Numbered from the stretch's first letter, positions 1-8,000 are shown. The stretch is DNA of 32,000 nucleotides from Candidatus Saccharimonadota bacterium (GCF_025273655.1 NZ_CP045921.1:270001-302000), one strand, 5' to 3'. The notes: a model not told the origin generated them from the sequence alone. Numbers and translations are program-made.

Positions 1-182
1 AGCCGGGCGTTTGCGATGTCGTAGCGGCGCTCGTCAATTTCTTCGTCTAGGTGGGCATGGAGGTAGGTGCGAGGTTTGCGAAGGGTGTGGGCCAATATCA
101 ATTCAGCATCCAATCGGTTTGATTCAATGCCGATGTCTTTAAGCTGCTTAGTGGCGTCTATAAGCCAGGCGGAGATTGTCAT
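1..182 (-). CDS. prmC: Release-factor glutamine methyltransferase PrmC/HemK, N-terminal part (runs off the window edge)
   Basis: My reverse-strand translation from ATG (182-180) gives MTISAWLIDATKQLKDIGIESNRLDAELILAHTLRKPRTYLHAHLDEEIDERRYDIANAR. This matches the typical PrmC N-terminal domain (LDAELxLAH). It lies directly downstream of prfA, as in the conserved prfA-prmC pair. It is absent from the supplied ORF track because it is truncated. Confidence 0.75.
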   Translation of the reverse strand, partial: MTISAWLIDATKQLKDIGIESNRLDAELILAHTLRKPRTYLHAHLDEEIDERRYDIANAR

Positions 183-245
183 ATCTGGTATAGTATGGCA
201 AATATTGCAGAAAATAGCAATTTATGACCTAGTTTTATCTTCATC

Positions 246-1316
246 TTACTGTTCGGCGTTTTGAGCCTTCAGCTCGCGCTCGTAAGCCTGAAGCTTTTCG
301 ACGAGATCGTCGATACGGCCGTCCATCGCCTGAGGAATGCCGGATCGACTGTAGCCAATGCGGTGATCGGTGATGCGGTCTTGGGGAAAGTTGTAAGTGC
401 GGATCTTCTCGCTGCGGTCGCCGCTGCCGATGAGGCTGCGGCGTTCGGCGGTGGCGCGCGCGTTTTCTTCGTCGATCTTCTGCTGGAGGAGGCGTGAGCG
501 GAGGACGCTCATGGCTTTTTCTTTGTTCTTAAGTTGCGATTTTTCGTCTTGGTTGGAGACCACGAGGCCAGTTGGTAGGTGAGTGATACGCACGGCACTG
601 TCGGTGGTGTTAACGCTCTGACCACCGTGACCGCTGGCGCGGAAGATATCGATACGTAGGTCGCCCGGATTTATCTCGATATCTGTCTCTTCGGCTTCTG
701 GCAGCACGGCGACAGTGACGGTACTCGTGTGGATGCGACCTTGGCTCTCGGTGGCTGGCACGCGTTGGACACGGTGCACGCCACTCTCGAATTTGAGGGT
801 AGAATACGGAGCACCGCCTTTGATGAGGAATACGACTTCTTTGTAGCCACCGGCGTCGTTGGCGCTCTCACTAATGAGCTCTGTCTTAAGGCCATGTGTC
901 TCACAAAATCGCAAATACATGCGATAAAGCTCAGCCGCGAAGAGACTCGCTTCATCGCCCCCAGCGCCTGCGCGGATCTCCATGATAACGTTTTTGTCGT
1001 CGTTCGGATCTTTGGGTGTGAGCATGATGAACAGGTCCTCTTCGAGCTTGGTAAGTTCGGCTTCGGAGTCGATGATGTCCTGCTTGGCAAGCTCAGCTAG
1101 TTCGTCGCCACCTCCGGCGAGTTCACGAGCTTCGGCAATATTCTGTGTTAGCTGCTCGCGTTTGTGTGCGAGGGCTATGAGCGATTCGAGTTCAGAGAAG
1201 CGCTTATTTTTGACTGTGAATTGCGAATCGGCATAGGCATCTGGGCTTGAAAGGAATTGCTTGAGTACTTCGTACTCAGTTTTGAGCTCAGCAAGGTTGA
1301 GTGAAATTTTGGCCAT
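246..1316 (-). CDS. prfA: Peptide chain release factor 1
   Basis: 356 aa. It carries the RF1-type PxT motif ([14 protein letters not shown]) and the GGQ motif ([11 protein letters not shown]). Confidence 0.95.
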   Translation of the reverse strand: MAKISLNLAELKTEYEVLKQFLSSPDAYADSQFTVKNKRFSELESLIALAHKREQLTQNIAEARELAGGGDELAELAKQDIIDSEAELTKLEEDLFIMLTPKDPNDDKNVIMEIRAGAGGDEASLFAAELYRMYLRFCETHGLKTELISESANDAGGYKEVVFLIKGGAPYSTLKFESGVHRVQRVPATESQGRIHTSTVTVAVLPEAEETDIEINPGDLRIDIFRASGHGGQSVNTTDSAVRITHLPTGLVVSNQDEKSQLKNKEKAMSVLRSRLLQQKIDEENARATAERRSLIGSGDRSEKIRTYNFPQDRITDHRIGYSRSGIPQAMDGRIDDLVEKLQAYERELKAQNAEQ

Positions 1317-1325
1317 AGTAATGTT

Positions 1326-1334
1326 ATTATAACA
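1326..1334 (-). promoter_or_regulatory. Extended -10 box TGTTATAAT, 9 nt upstream of the prfA ATG (leaderless-type arrangement)
   Basis: The minus strand reads CTGTTATAATAACATTACT-ATG. There is no purine-rich SD between the box and the ATG. Confidence 0.5.
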
Positions 1335-1359
1335 GATTGGAGAGAGGTATATAAAGCAA

Positions 1360-1388
1360 TTGACAGCTTGTTTGAATCAGTATATATA
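1360..1388 (+). promoter_or_regulatory. Sigma70-like promoter TTGACA-N17-TATATA for the lipoprotein gene
   Basis: TTGACA lies at 1360-1365 and a TATATATA run at 1381-1388. AAGGAG (1395-1400) precedes the ATG at 1407. The promoter is back-to-back with the prfA -10 box. Confidence 0.45.
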
Positions 1389-1406
1389 TTGGTCAAGGAG
1401 AATTGC

Positions 1407-1922
1407 ATGAAAATCAGAGAATCATGGACCGGTGAACATAGCAAAAGTCAGTATGGATTTGTCGTATCGATGGCTGCGGCATGCGCGATCACGGGAGCGT
1501 GTAGCGGACAAAATGAAGTGAGCGCAAGCGAGAGCTTGTTCGATGAAAGCTGCCATACTGTCTGGGTGACTCAAGGAACTAGTGACCCATATACAAATAT
1601 CAAGGTCTATCCCTCTGACCTCCAAGGAGATGAAGGTGCAGAGGCACTCAAGGGTCGTATGCAGGCATTTTTCATGCCCGATAGAACAGGAAGCCTCGAA
1701 AATCGAGAGCGTAACCTAAGCCCTGAGGTGCTAGATGCTTTTGTGGTAAGTGTACGCCACGTGATGGAAGCAAGTACGACAGATAGATTACCCATGGTCA
1801 ATGCGCTGACGTATTCTGACACGGGCAAGGCGCATAGCGGCGCGCATAGTGACGACAAGATGTGTGCAGTGAATGCCGACCGATTTCCTATCTCGAGTAT
1901 TTACGATTTTTCGAGCTACTAA
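1407..1922 (+). CDS. Hypothetical lipoprotein (orphan, no family recognised)
   Basis: I take the ATG at 1407, which is preceded by AAGGAG, rather than the track start at 1368. The N-terminus MKIRESWTGEHSKSQYGFVVSMAAACAITGAC has a charged n-region, a hydrophobic core and a lipobox-like ITGA|C. The rest of the protein has no motif I recognise. Confidence 0.6.
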   Translation: MKIRESWTGEHSKSQYGFVVSMAAACAITGACSGQNEVSASESLFDESCHTVWVTQGTSDPYTNIKVYPSDLQGDEGAEALKGRMQAFFMPDRTGSLENRERNLSPEVLDAFVVSVRHVMEASTTDRLPMVNALTYSDTGKAHSGAHSDDKMCAVNADRFPISSIYDFSSY

Positions 1923-1945
1923 CGCCAGTTGAGATATATCTACAC

Positions 1946-1976
1946 AAAATACCGCTCTCTGGGAGGGCGGTATTTT
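1946..1976. terminator. Bidirectional rho-independent terminator between the convergent lipoprotein gene and rpmE
   Basis: AAAATACCGC (1946-1955) pairs perfectly with GCGGTATTTT (1967-1976). The inner bases can extend the stem. The A4/T4 flanks give a U-tract in both orientations. Confidence 0.7.
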
Positions 1977-1993
1977 GTGATATTGTTGTCGCA

Positions 1994-2320
1994 TTAGGCG
2001 ACTTTGTCGGCCTTTTTTGCTGACTCGGCTTTTTGCTTCTTGGCTTTGTTTGCCAGTGCTTGTTTGCGCTCTTCGGCTTTTGCGAAGCGGGCTTTGAAGC
2101 GGTCGACACGACCTTCGGTATCGATGATCTTCTCTTCGCCGGTGAAGAATGGGTGGCTGGCACTTGAAATGTGCACTTTGACGAGTGGGTATTCGTTGCC
2201 ATCTTCCCATTTGACTGTGTCCTTGGTTGGTGCTGTCGAGCGGGTCAAGAACGAAAACCCTGCGACTTCGTCGCTAAATACGACAAGTCGGTAGTTGGTA
2301 GGGTGTATACTGCTTTTCAT
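1994..2320 (-). CDS. rpmE: 50S ribosomal protein L31, Cys-less type B, with a Lys/Ala-rich C-terminal tail
   Basis: [15 protein letters not shown]...[21 protein letters not shown] is the L31 signature. The protein contains no cysteine, so the CxxC zinc ribbon of type A is absent. About 30 residues of K/A/E-rich tail follow the conserved core. Confidence 0.9.
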   Translation of the reverse strand: MKSSIHPTNYRLVVFSDEVAGFSFLTRSTAPTKDTVKWEDGNEYPLVKVHISSASHPFFTGEEKIIDTEGRVDRFKARFAKAEERKQALANKAKKQKAESAKKADKVA

Positions 2321-2372
2321 ATCTGAACAATTGTACCAGAGATATGGCCGCCTGTAAACACCCTGCTAATCG

Positions 2373-4250
2373 CTATAAGTCGATGAACGAGCGCAGCTCA
2401 AGCGTACGCTCTGGAGGCAGGTGGTAGTAGTCTGTGGGGTCTGCGGCATTGGCTGCCATGGATCGATAGAGGTATTTGCGCCAGCGTGCCAGATTGTGTC
2501 GGCGAGTAAGTGATGGCTCACTTGTAGAGATGAAGTAAGTGACGTCAGTTGGTTCAAAATCGACCTCTGGGCTGATATGCTGTAAATCTGTCAGCGCGTG
2601 CGGTACGTGGACGACATCTTTGAATCCAAACTGGAGCGTGAGATGGCTAATCCCGTCGTCGGGCGATCCAAGATCGTCGTAGACGATACGATCCTCCGGG
2701 GATACATGCGGCACCGGAGCGGTGATTACATTGACGATAACAGCGCGCTCATGAAGCTCATGAAGCTGGTCGACGGCGGTATGGAGTGCCAGCGGTGTGT
2801 AGCCGGGATGGTGACCGAGATAGATGGCAGTGCCGGGTAGGCGGATTGGTTTTTTACTCGGTAGAGCAGCGATAAAGCTATCAAGTGAACCTTCGATATG
2901 TTGGCGTTCACGCCCGATGATACCACGGGCTTTCGCCCAAGTGCTAAGGAATGCGAATACGAGTACGGCAATGGAGATAGGAAGCCAGCCTCCGTGAAGT
3001 AATTTGGTGAGCGACGAACCAAAAAATAGTAGATCAACTGGTAAGAAGCAGATTGCAGCTAGGGCAACCCAAATAATGCTCCGCTGCCAGACGGTGCGCA
3101 AGATGATGAGAAATAATATAGTGTCAATCGTGAGCGCCATGCTCACCGCCATACCAAATGCACCGGCGAGATTGGCGCTAGAGCCAAAGATGATGACGAG
3201 GGTTACGACTGCTATGCACAGAAGCCAATTGATAAACGGTAAGTAGACCTGACCAATAGACGACGAGGTATAGCGCACGGTGAGACGCGGTGCAAAACCA
3301 AGTTGGATTGCCTGTGCGGTGAGTGAAAATGCGCCAGCAATGACAGCCTGTGAAGCGATGAGAGTTGCTACGGTAGCAAGTGCTACGACAAATATGCGGA
3401 TTGCATCTGGGAACATAAGAAAATACGCGCTCGTGATAGCATCTGGCTGCGCCACGATGAGCGCGCCCTGACCCATATAGGTGAGCACGAGAGCAGGAAA
3501 CGCGCAGGCGAGCCAAGCGATGGCGATTGGTTTGCGGCCGAAATGCCCCATGTCGGCGTAGAGCGCTTCGGCGCCAGTGATGGCCAAGATAACAGCGCCC
3601 ATGGACACAAACGCCACTAGCGGATGGGCGGTAATGAATCCGAGGGCGGTGGTTGGCAGGAGCGCGACCAGTACATCTGGGTGCTGAATTATTTGCGCGA
3701 GACCACCTACTGCGGATACGAGGAACCAGAGAAGCATGATAGGCCCAAAGACTTTGCCGATTGTGCCGGTGCCGCGTGACTGCAGGGCGAAAAGCCCGCA
3801 GAGAATCACGACTGTGACAGGTACGATGGCGTAGCTGATCGATGGCGAGATAGTTGTAACACCTTCAACAGCAGAGAGTACCGAGATGGCGGGAGTAATG
3901 ATGCTGTCTCCGTAGAACAGACCCATGCCCAAGATACCGAGTAGTACCATCAGCCATTTCGCATGAGTACCCAGCTTGGCATGTTGCGTGAGCGCGACGA
4001 GTGCCATGATACCACCTTCGCCGTGATTGTTTGCGCGAGTAATGAAGCCAAGATATTTCACCGTGACCACAAGTGTGATAGCCCAGATGATGAGCGAGAT
4101 GATGCCATAGATGTATGTAGGTTGGATATCGATATGACCAAGCCGCACAATTGCCTGGAGGGCATACAGTGTACTTGTGCCGATATCGCCAAACACGACG
4201 CCGAGCGCGCCTAGTGCGATGAGACTGGTAGCTGCGTGTTTTTTGCTCAT
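2373..4250 (-). CDS. kup: KUP/HAK/KT-family potassium uptake transporter
   Basis: 625 aa. The N-terminus LGALGVVFGDIGTSTLYAL and the GEGGIMAL motif are Kup hallmarks. The protein has about 12 hydrophobic segments plus a soluble C-terminal domain. Confidence 0.9.
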   Translation of the reverse strand: MSKKHAATSLIALGALGVVFGDIGTSTLYALQAIVRLGHIDIQPTYIYGIISLIIWAITLVVTVKYLGFITRANNHGEGGIMALVALTQHAKLGTHAKWLMVLLGILGMGLFYGDSIITPAISVLSAVEGVTTISPSISYAIVPVTVVILCGLFALQSRGTGTIGKVFGPIMLLWFLVSAVGGLAQIIQHPDVLVALLPTTALGFITAHPLVAFVSMGAVILAITGAEALYADMGHFGRKPIAIAWLACAFPALVLTYMGQGALIVAQPDAITSAYFLMFPDAIRIFVVALATVATLIASQAVIAGAFSLTAQAIQLGFAPRLTVRYTSSSIGQVYLPFINWLLCIAVVTLVIIFGSSANLAGAFGMAVSMALTIDTILFLIILRTVWQRSIIWVALAAICFLPVDLLFFGSSLTKLLHGGWLPISIAVLVFAFLSTWAKARGIIGRERQHIEGSLDSFIAALPSKKPIRLPGTAIYLGHHPGYTPLALHTAVDQLHELHERAVIVNVITAPVPHVSPEDRIVYDDLGSPDDGISHLTLQFGFKDVVHVPHALTDLQHISPEVDFEPTDVTYFISTSEPSLTRRHNLARWRKYLYRSMAANAADPTDYYHLPPERTLELRSFIDL

Positions 4251-4261
4251 GCTATGGCTCT

Positions 4262-4270
4262 ATAGTACCA
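4262..4270 (-). promoter_or_regulatory. Possible extended -10 box TGGTACTAT, 11 nt upstream of the kup ATG
   Basis: The minus strand reads TGGTACTATAGAGCCATAGC-ATG with no SD visible. Co-transcription with the upstream permease gene is an alternative. Confidence 0.3.
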
Positions 4271-4282
4271 GACATGAGAAGC

Positions 4283-4900
4283 CTAGCGGAGTACGCGTTG
4301 ACTGGAATTTGCATGCGGGTGTGTGCGATGACGAGGTAGCATGCGGCCATGCACTTGGCGATATGTGCGGCCGTCTGGTGCGGTAATTTTGGCGCCATCG
4401 GCTGGTAATGACGCCTCCTGGGTCGGTGCTACGACTGCAGGTTTCTCAATGGGTGGTGTGGAGTTGGTCGAGTGTTGGCGGAGTTTGTGGCGACGGGTGT
4501 GTTCGTCGCTGAGTTTGGCGCGCATTTTTTCTATAGCGTGAGCAGAGTCGGCATTTTGCGCCATGCGCTTGAACCCTTCGTCGAGCGTGGCAAGGTCTTG
4601 GTCGCTCAAGTCTTCAAGACCGACATATTGTGTGCGGGCACCGGTAGCGCGGATGAGCTCGTCGAGCTTGATCTGGATGGCTTTGCCGTCACGATTTTGC
4701 GTGTTTTGGATGAGGAATACCATCAGGAAGGTGACAATGGTGGTGCCAGTATTGATGACGAGCTGCCATGTATCGGAGAAATTAAACAGCGGTCCGGTGA
4801 TACCCCAAATGAGCACGATAGCCACTGCGCCGAGGAATACACCGGCCGTACCGGTAAGATTGGAGACTCGTGTCGCTGCCCGACGAAACGTTTCTTTCAT
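4283..4900 (-). CDS. Low-affinity iron permease family (Fet4-like, PF04120-type) membrane protein with a low-complexity C-terminal extension
   Basis: The core FSDTWQLVINTGTTIVTFLMVFLIQNTQNRDGKAIQIKLDELIRA matches the family signature as I know it. The last ~60 aa are Pro/His/Arg-rich and not part of the usual domain. Confidence 0.8.
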   Translation of the reverse strand: MKETFRRAATRVSNLTGTAGVFLGAVAIVLIWGITGPLFNFSDTWQLVINTGTTIVTFLMVFLIQNTQNRDGKAIQIKLDELIRATGARTQYVGLEDLSDQDLATLDEGFKRMAQNADSAHAIEKMRAKLSDEHTRRHKLRQHSTNSTPPIEKPAVVAPTQEASLPADGAKITAPDGRTYRQVHGRMLPRHRTHPHANSSQRVLR

Positions 4901-4909
4901 GGTGCGTTC

Positions 4910-4918
4910 AGTATAACA
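4910..4918 (-). promoter_or_regulatory. Extended -10 box TGTTATACT, 9 nt upstream of the permease ATG (leaderless-type)
   Basis: The minus strand reads GTGTTATACTGAACGCACC-ATG with no SD. Confidence 0.5.
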
Positions 4919-4958
4919 CTATGCTTATGGTTTTGGTATGGGTCAGTGTGAACTTATA

Positions 4959-4987
4959 TTGACAATAAATCAAATTTAGTGTATTAT
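4959..4987 (+). promoter_or_regulatory. Near-consensus sigma70 promoter TTGACA-N17-TATTAT
   Basis: TTGACA is at 4959-4964, followed by a 17-nt spacer and TATTAT at 4982-4987. A ~40-nt A/CA-rich leader without SD precedes the ATG at 5033. Confidence 0.6.
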
Positions 4988-5032
4988 GATCTTAGATAAT
5001 CTACAAAACACAAAAAATAGAAAACGCCTCAA

Positions 5033-5779
5033 ATGTTTAATAAATTGAGAACTGTAGCCGAGACAACACGTAAAGGCTACGACTGGTACCGGCAAAATCC
5101 CCAGACTGTACATAATATAGGAAAGGTAGCCTACGGAGGTGCCAATATATTGCAACGGGAGGGTATGGCCGGCGCGTTCGGACATTCGCGTGACATAGCC
5201 GCCAATTTCGTAGGCAATCCAGAGGTGCGAGAGCGGGCAGTGCGTATAGGCACAGAGATAGGTGGGGCTGCAGTGCGCGGCGCGTTGCTCGAGACTGGCG
5301 CGAAAAAAGAAAATGGCAAATGGAGCGTCAAAGGTGTATTAAAATCGATCCTGGGACTCAAGACTGGTGCCACGTATGTCCATGCCGCGAAGGGGGCGTA
5401 CCGGGGTGCACATGTAGAAGGTGCCGTGCAGTGGGACCAGCATGGAGGAGCACTTCGCGGAGCTGCGTGGGACGCCACGCGAGATGTATTCGCTGGTGCG
5501 TCAGGGCCCGACAGGGGAGCTGGTACGTTTAACCCATTTACGCCGCCTGCTCCAGGTCAATTCGCTCCCGGTGCGTATGCGTCACCACCTCAGGCATCGT
5601 CTCGCTACGAACCTCTCTATACTATGCCGCAGCCTGGGTACGGCAGAACTAGCGCAACGCCATTTGACGCTGGGTATGCGGCCGCGAATAGTCCCTTTGC
5701 TGTACCTAGCATGAATATGCCACGCATTATTACGTCGTCATCTACGCCTCAGGGTGTTGATACGCGCAGTCACTTTTAG
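5033..5779 (+). CDS. Hypothetical basic Gly/Ala-rich protein with a Pro/Tyr-rich C-terminal tail (orphan)
   Basis: 248 aa. This frame shows strong purine-first-base (RNY-like) codon periodicity, unlike the overlapping alternative-frame ORFs. By my count there are 27 K+R versus 17 D+E. I see no signal peptide or TM segment. The tail reads FNPFTPPAPGQFAPGAYASPPQASSRYEPLYTMPQPGYG. Confidence 0.65.
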   Translation: MFNKLRTVAETTRKGYDWYRQNPQTVHNIGKVAYGGANILQREGMAGAFGHSRDIAANFVGNPEVRERAVRIGTEIGGAAVRGALLETGAKKENGKWSVKGVLKSILGLKTGATYVHAAKGAYRGAHVEGAVQWDQHGGALRGAAWDATRDVFAGASGPDRGAGTFNPFTPPAPGQFAPGAYASPPQASSRYEPLYTMPQPGYGRTSATPFDAGYAAANSPFAVPSMNMPRIITSSSTPQGVDTRSHF

Positions 5780-5811
5780 CCGCCCTGAGCAGGCAGTATC
5801 GTGAATAAATA

Positions 5812-5840
5812 TTGACAAATTAACAATAATTTGCTATAGT
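5812..5840 (+). promoter_or_regulatory. Consensus -35 plus extended -10 promoter: TTGACA-N17 (ending TGC)-TATAGT
   Basis: TTGACA is at 5812-5817, the TGC at 5832-5834 and TATAGT at 5835-5840. An A-rich leader follows up to the ATG at 5894. Confidence 0.65.
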
Positions 5841-5893
5841 AGTACTATTCAAGAAAAAGATACAAACGATCAACAAAAAGGAAATAAACAGCT

Positions 5894-6385
5894 ATGAGTG
5901 AAATAACCAAACTGAGTCACGATGATTTTGTACCGACTGAGCCTAATCAATGGGATTTTAGTAGTCCGTATGCCAACGAAGCTGACCGCGAGCAAGTTAA
6001 TCAGCTGACGGGGCTTTTTGATACTCTTGCCCAGCGGGGGGACATTGAACGCCAACTTACGTCGGAATATACGCTGCATGAGAAAACAGGGAAGGCTGAA
6101 ATGCCAGGTTTTGGTGCCGAGCAAGGTGTTGAGTATCGAGCGGTGACGGTGCTTGATGAACAGGGCACTAGCAGCGAAGTGCAGGTGACTCTAGGCAGCG
6201 AAGAAGAGGACAAGCTGCGTATTATTCTGACAAGAGTCGGTGGTAATGAGTACGAAGGAGTTGTAGCGGGTCGGATAGGAAAAGAAAACAAGCCTTTGGA
6301 CAAAGAGACGGCAAGGTTTTTGGAAGCTATGGCTCAGGACGAACTCATCAAGACAAATTTACCCGAAGACGAGACACAGGCATAG
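5894..6385 (+). CDS. Hypothetical highly acidic protein (orphan)
   Basis: 163 aa. By my count there are roughly 36 D+E versus 16 K+R. I see no signal peptide, TM segment or recognisable motif. It has its own strong promoter. Confidence 0.65.
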   Translation: MSEITKLSHDDFVPTEPNQWDFSSPYANEADREQVNQLTGLFDTLAQRGDIERQLTSEYTLHEKTGKAEMPGFGAEQGVEYRAVTVLDEQGTSSEVQVTLGSEEEDKLRIILTRVGGNEYEGVVAGRIGKENKPLDKETARFLEAMAQDELIKTNLPEDETQA

Positions 6386-6434
6386 CAGAAAACTGATTCG
6401 ATGTGCCGTGTAGATTTGCACTAGATATGTAGTA

Positions 6435-6443
6435 TGTCATACT
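6435..6443 (+). promoter_or_regulatory. Extended -10-like box TGTCATACT, 6 nt upstream of the ATG at 6450 (leaderless-type)
   Basis: The sequence reads TGTCATACTGTGCGC-ATG with no SD. Confidence 0.4.
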
Positions 6444-6449
6444 GTGCGC

Positions 6450-7181
6450 ATGAAGATATTTCCAGTGGTGCATATAGGTGGGGGAGAAAAAGGTCTATCG
6501 CAGGCTGTTACGCAGTCGGAGCTTGCATTTGAGCATGATGCGGATGGCGTGTATCTGATACGGCATGCGGCAGGGGAGACAGCTGTCGCGGAATTATTTC
6601 GCGCATATGCTGCGGTGCGACAGGCGACACCTCAAGAGAGCTACGTAGGGATCAATATCCTCCAAGCACGCTCACCACGAGAAGCCGTTGCGATGACCAA
6701 ACAAGAGGTGGTGGGCATAGCCGCACCAAGCGGACTCTGGGTAGACGACATTACCTGGCACGGCCACGACGCAGACATGTTGGCGCACGTACGCAAGACC
6801 CCGCGTCTGGATGGCATGCGCACTCTTGGCGGTGTGGCGTTTAAATACACGGATTCTTACACCGAAGATCCGGCGGAGGCGGCCACTCAGGCATATATGT
6901 ATAATAACTTCGCGGACGTACTTGTGACGAGTGGACCGGAGACTGGGAGGTCTGCGGACCCGCAAAAAACCAGAGCTATGAAACGCCAACTGGCGACAGG
7001 TGAGAGCGGAGAGGGTTTGCTAGCGCTGGCTAGCGGCATAGATATCGATAATATCGCCGATTTTGAGGGGAGTGTCGATGAGGTATTGGTGGCAAGTAGT
7101 GTCGAGACCGAAAAAGGTTCTGGGATATTCGACGAAGCTAAGCTTCGCGATCTGATCCAGGCTGCCCATAAACTCGCGTAG
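6450..7181 (+). CDS. BtpA/SgcQ-family TIM-barrel protein (PF03437-like)
   Basis: I start at ATG 6450 (MKIFPVVHIGG). Blocks align by eye with my recollection of Synechocystis BtpA. IFPVVHIGG resembles IIGVVHLLPLPG, and YVGINILQA resembles PLGINVLRN. ADVLVTSGPETGRSADP resembles ADGIILSGWATGSPPN, and ASGIDIDNI...VDEVLVASSVE resembles GSGANWENI...ADGVIVSSSLK. Confidence 0.6.
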   Translation: MKIFPVVHIGGGEKGLSQAVTQSELAFEHDADGVYLIRHAAGETAVAELFRAYAAVRQATPQESYVGINILQARSPREAVAMTKQEVVGIAAPSGLWVDDITWHGHDADMLAHVRKTPRLDGMRTLGGVAFKYTDSYTEDPAEAATQAYMYNNFADVLVTSGPETGRSADPQKTRAMKRQLATGESGEGLLALASGIDIDNIADFEGSVDEVLVASSVETEKGSGIFDEAKLRDLIQAAHKLA

Positions 7182-7186
7182 GTAAC

Positions 7187-7215
7187 TTGGCACAAGGATG
7201 CTTTTGTGCTATAGT
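7187..7215 (+). promoter_or_regulatory. Promoter TTGGCA-N17 (ending TGC)-TATAGT for rpsB-tsf
   Basis: TTGGCA is at 7187-7192 and TGCTATAGT at 7207-7215. A ~77-nt leader ends in AAGGAG, 9 nt before the ATG at 7299. Confidence 0.6.
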
Positions 7216-7298
7216 TAACAGGTAACAATTTTAATGACACAACCGTTCATATACTCCTGGTATCTCGGGATGAGCGGTGAGGAACAAGGAGTAATATC

Positions 7299-7997
7299 AT
7301 GGCCGTAGAGGTTGATATTAAACAGCTGCTCGAAGCTGGTGTTCATTTTGGACACAAAACGAGCCGTTGGCACCCAAAGATGGCGCCGTACATTCATAGC
7401 AAGCGCCAAGACAGTCATATCATCGATCTGACAAAGACTGTCGAAGGTCTGGACGTGGCACTGCCGTTTGTCACCAAGGTTGCTGCAAGTGGTAAGCAAG
7501 TCCTCTTCGTAGGCACGAAGAAGCAGGCCAAAGACGTCGTAAAGGCTGCAGCCGACAAAGCTGGTCAGCCATACGTGACTGAGCGCTGGATCGGTGGTAT
7601 GCTGACCAACTCTGCGACAGTGAACCAGCAGATCAAGAAGTTGAAAACACTCGAAAAGCGCATGGAAAGTGGCGAACTCGAAAAGCGCTACAACAAGCTC
7701 GAAGTGCAGCGTTTCCAGGAAGAGATCGATCTTCTGAATACTAAATACGGCGGCATCAAAGATCTGAACGGTCGTCCTGGTGCGGTTGTGATCGTCGACA
7801 TCCTGTCTGACGCCAATGCTGTGCGCGAAGCCAAGACGCTCGGCGTACCTGTAGTTGCACTTGTTGATACCAATGCAAATCCAGATGGTATTGACTATGT
7901 GGTACCTGCAAATGACGATGCGATCAAAGGTATCAGCCTGATCCTCGACTACTTCGTGCAAGCAGTCGCTGAAGGCAAAAATAAAGAGGAGAAATAA
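7299..7997 (+). CDS. rpsB: 30S ribosomal protein S2
   Basis: 232 aa. LLEAGVHFGHKTSRWHPKM and the RWIGGMLTN motifs are typical S2. AAGGAG SD is present. Confidence 0.97.
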   Translation: MAVEVDIKQLLEAGVHFGHKTSRWHPKMAPYIHSKRQDSHIIDLTKTVEGLDVALPFVTKVAASGKQVLFVGTKKQAKDVVKAAADKAGQPYVTERWIGGMLTNSATVNQQIKKLKTLEKRMESGELEKRYNKLEVQRFQEEIDLLNTKYGGIKDLNGRPGAVVIVDILSDANAVREAKTLGVPVVALVDTNANPDGIDYVVPANDDAIKGISLILDYFVQAVAEGKNKEEK

Positions 7998-8000
7998 TCG

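Noticed and set aside
67-264. A 65-aa plus-strand ORF at the window start
   Set aside because: It overlaps the prmC N-terminus and the prfA 3' end on the opposite strand, both of which give conserved protein sequences. The ORF is therefore spurious.
5131-5714. Overlapping alternative-frame and antisense ORFs (5131-5478 minus; 5320-5532 and 5421-5714 plus) within the basic orphan gene
   Set aside because: The local GC richness suppresses stop codons in all frames. Only the 5033-5779 frame shows purine-first-base codon periodicity and is served by the strong promoter.
7190-7209. Hairpin GCACAA-N8-TTGTGC after the BtpA-like gene, considered as a terminator
   Set aside because: The stem is only 6 bp and mostly A/T. 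No T-tract follows, and it overlaps the rpsB promoter elements. The evidence is insufficient.
7215-7961. A 248-aa ORF on the minus strand spanning almost all of rpsB
   Set aside because: It is exactly antisense to a highly conserved S2 gene. The predicted protein is low-complexity and has no motifs or upstream signals. This is a typical shadow ORF produced by the codon bias of the sense gene.
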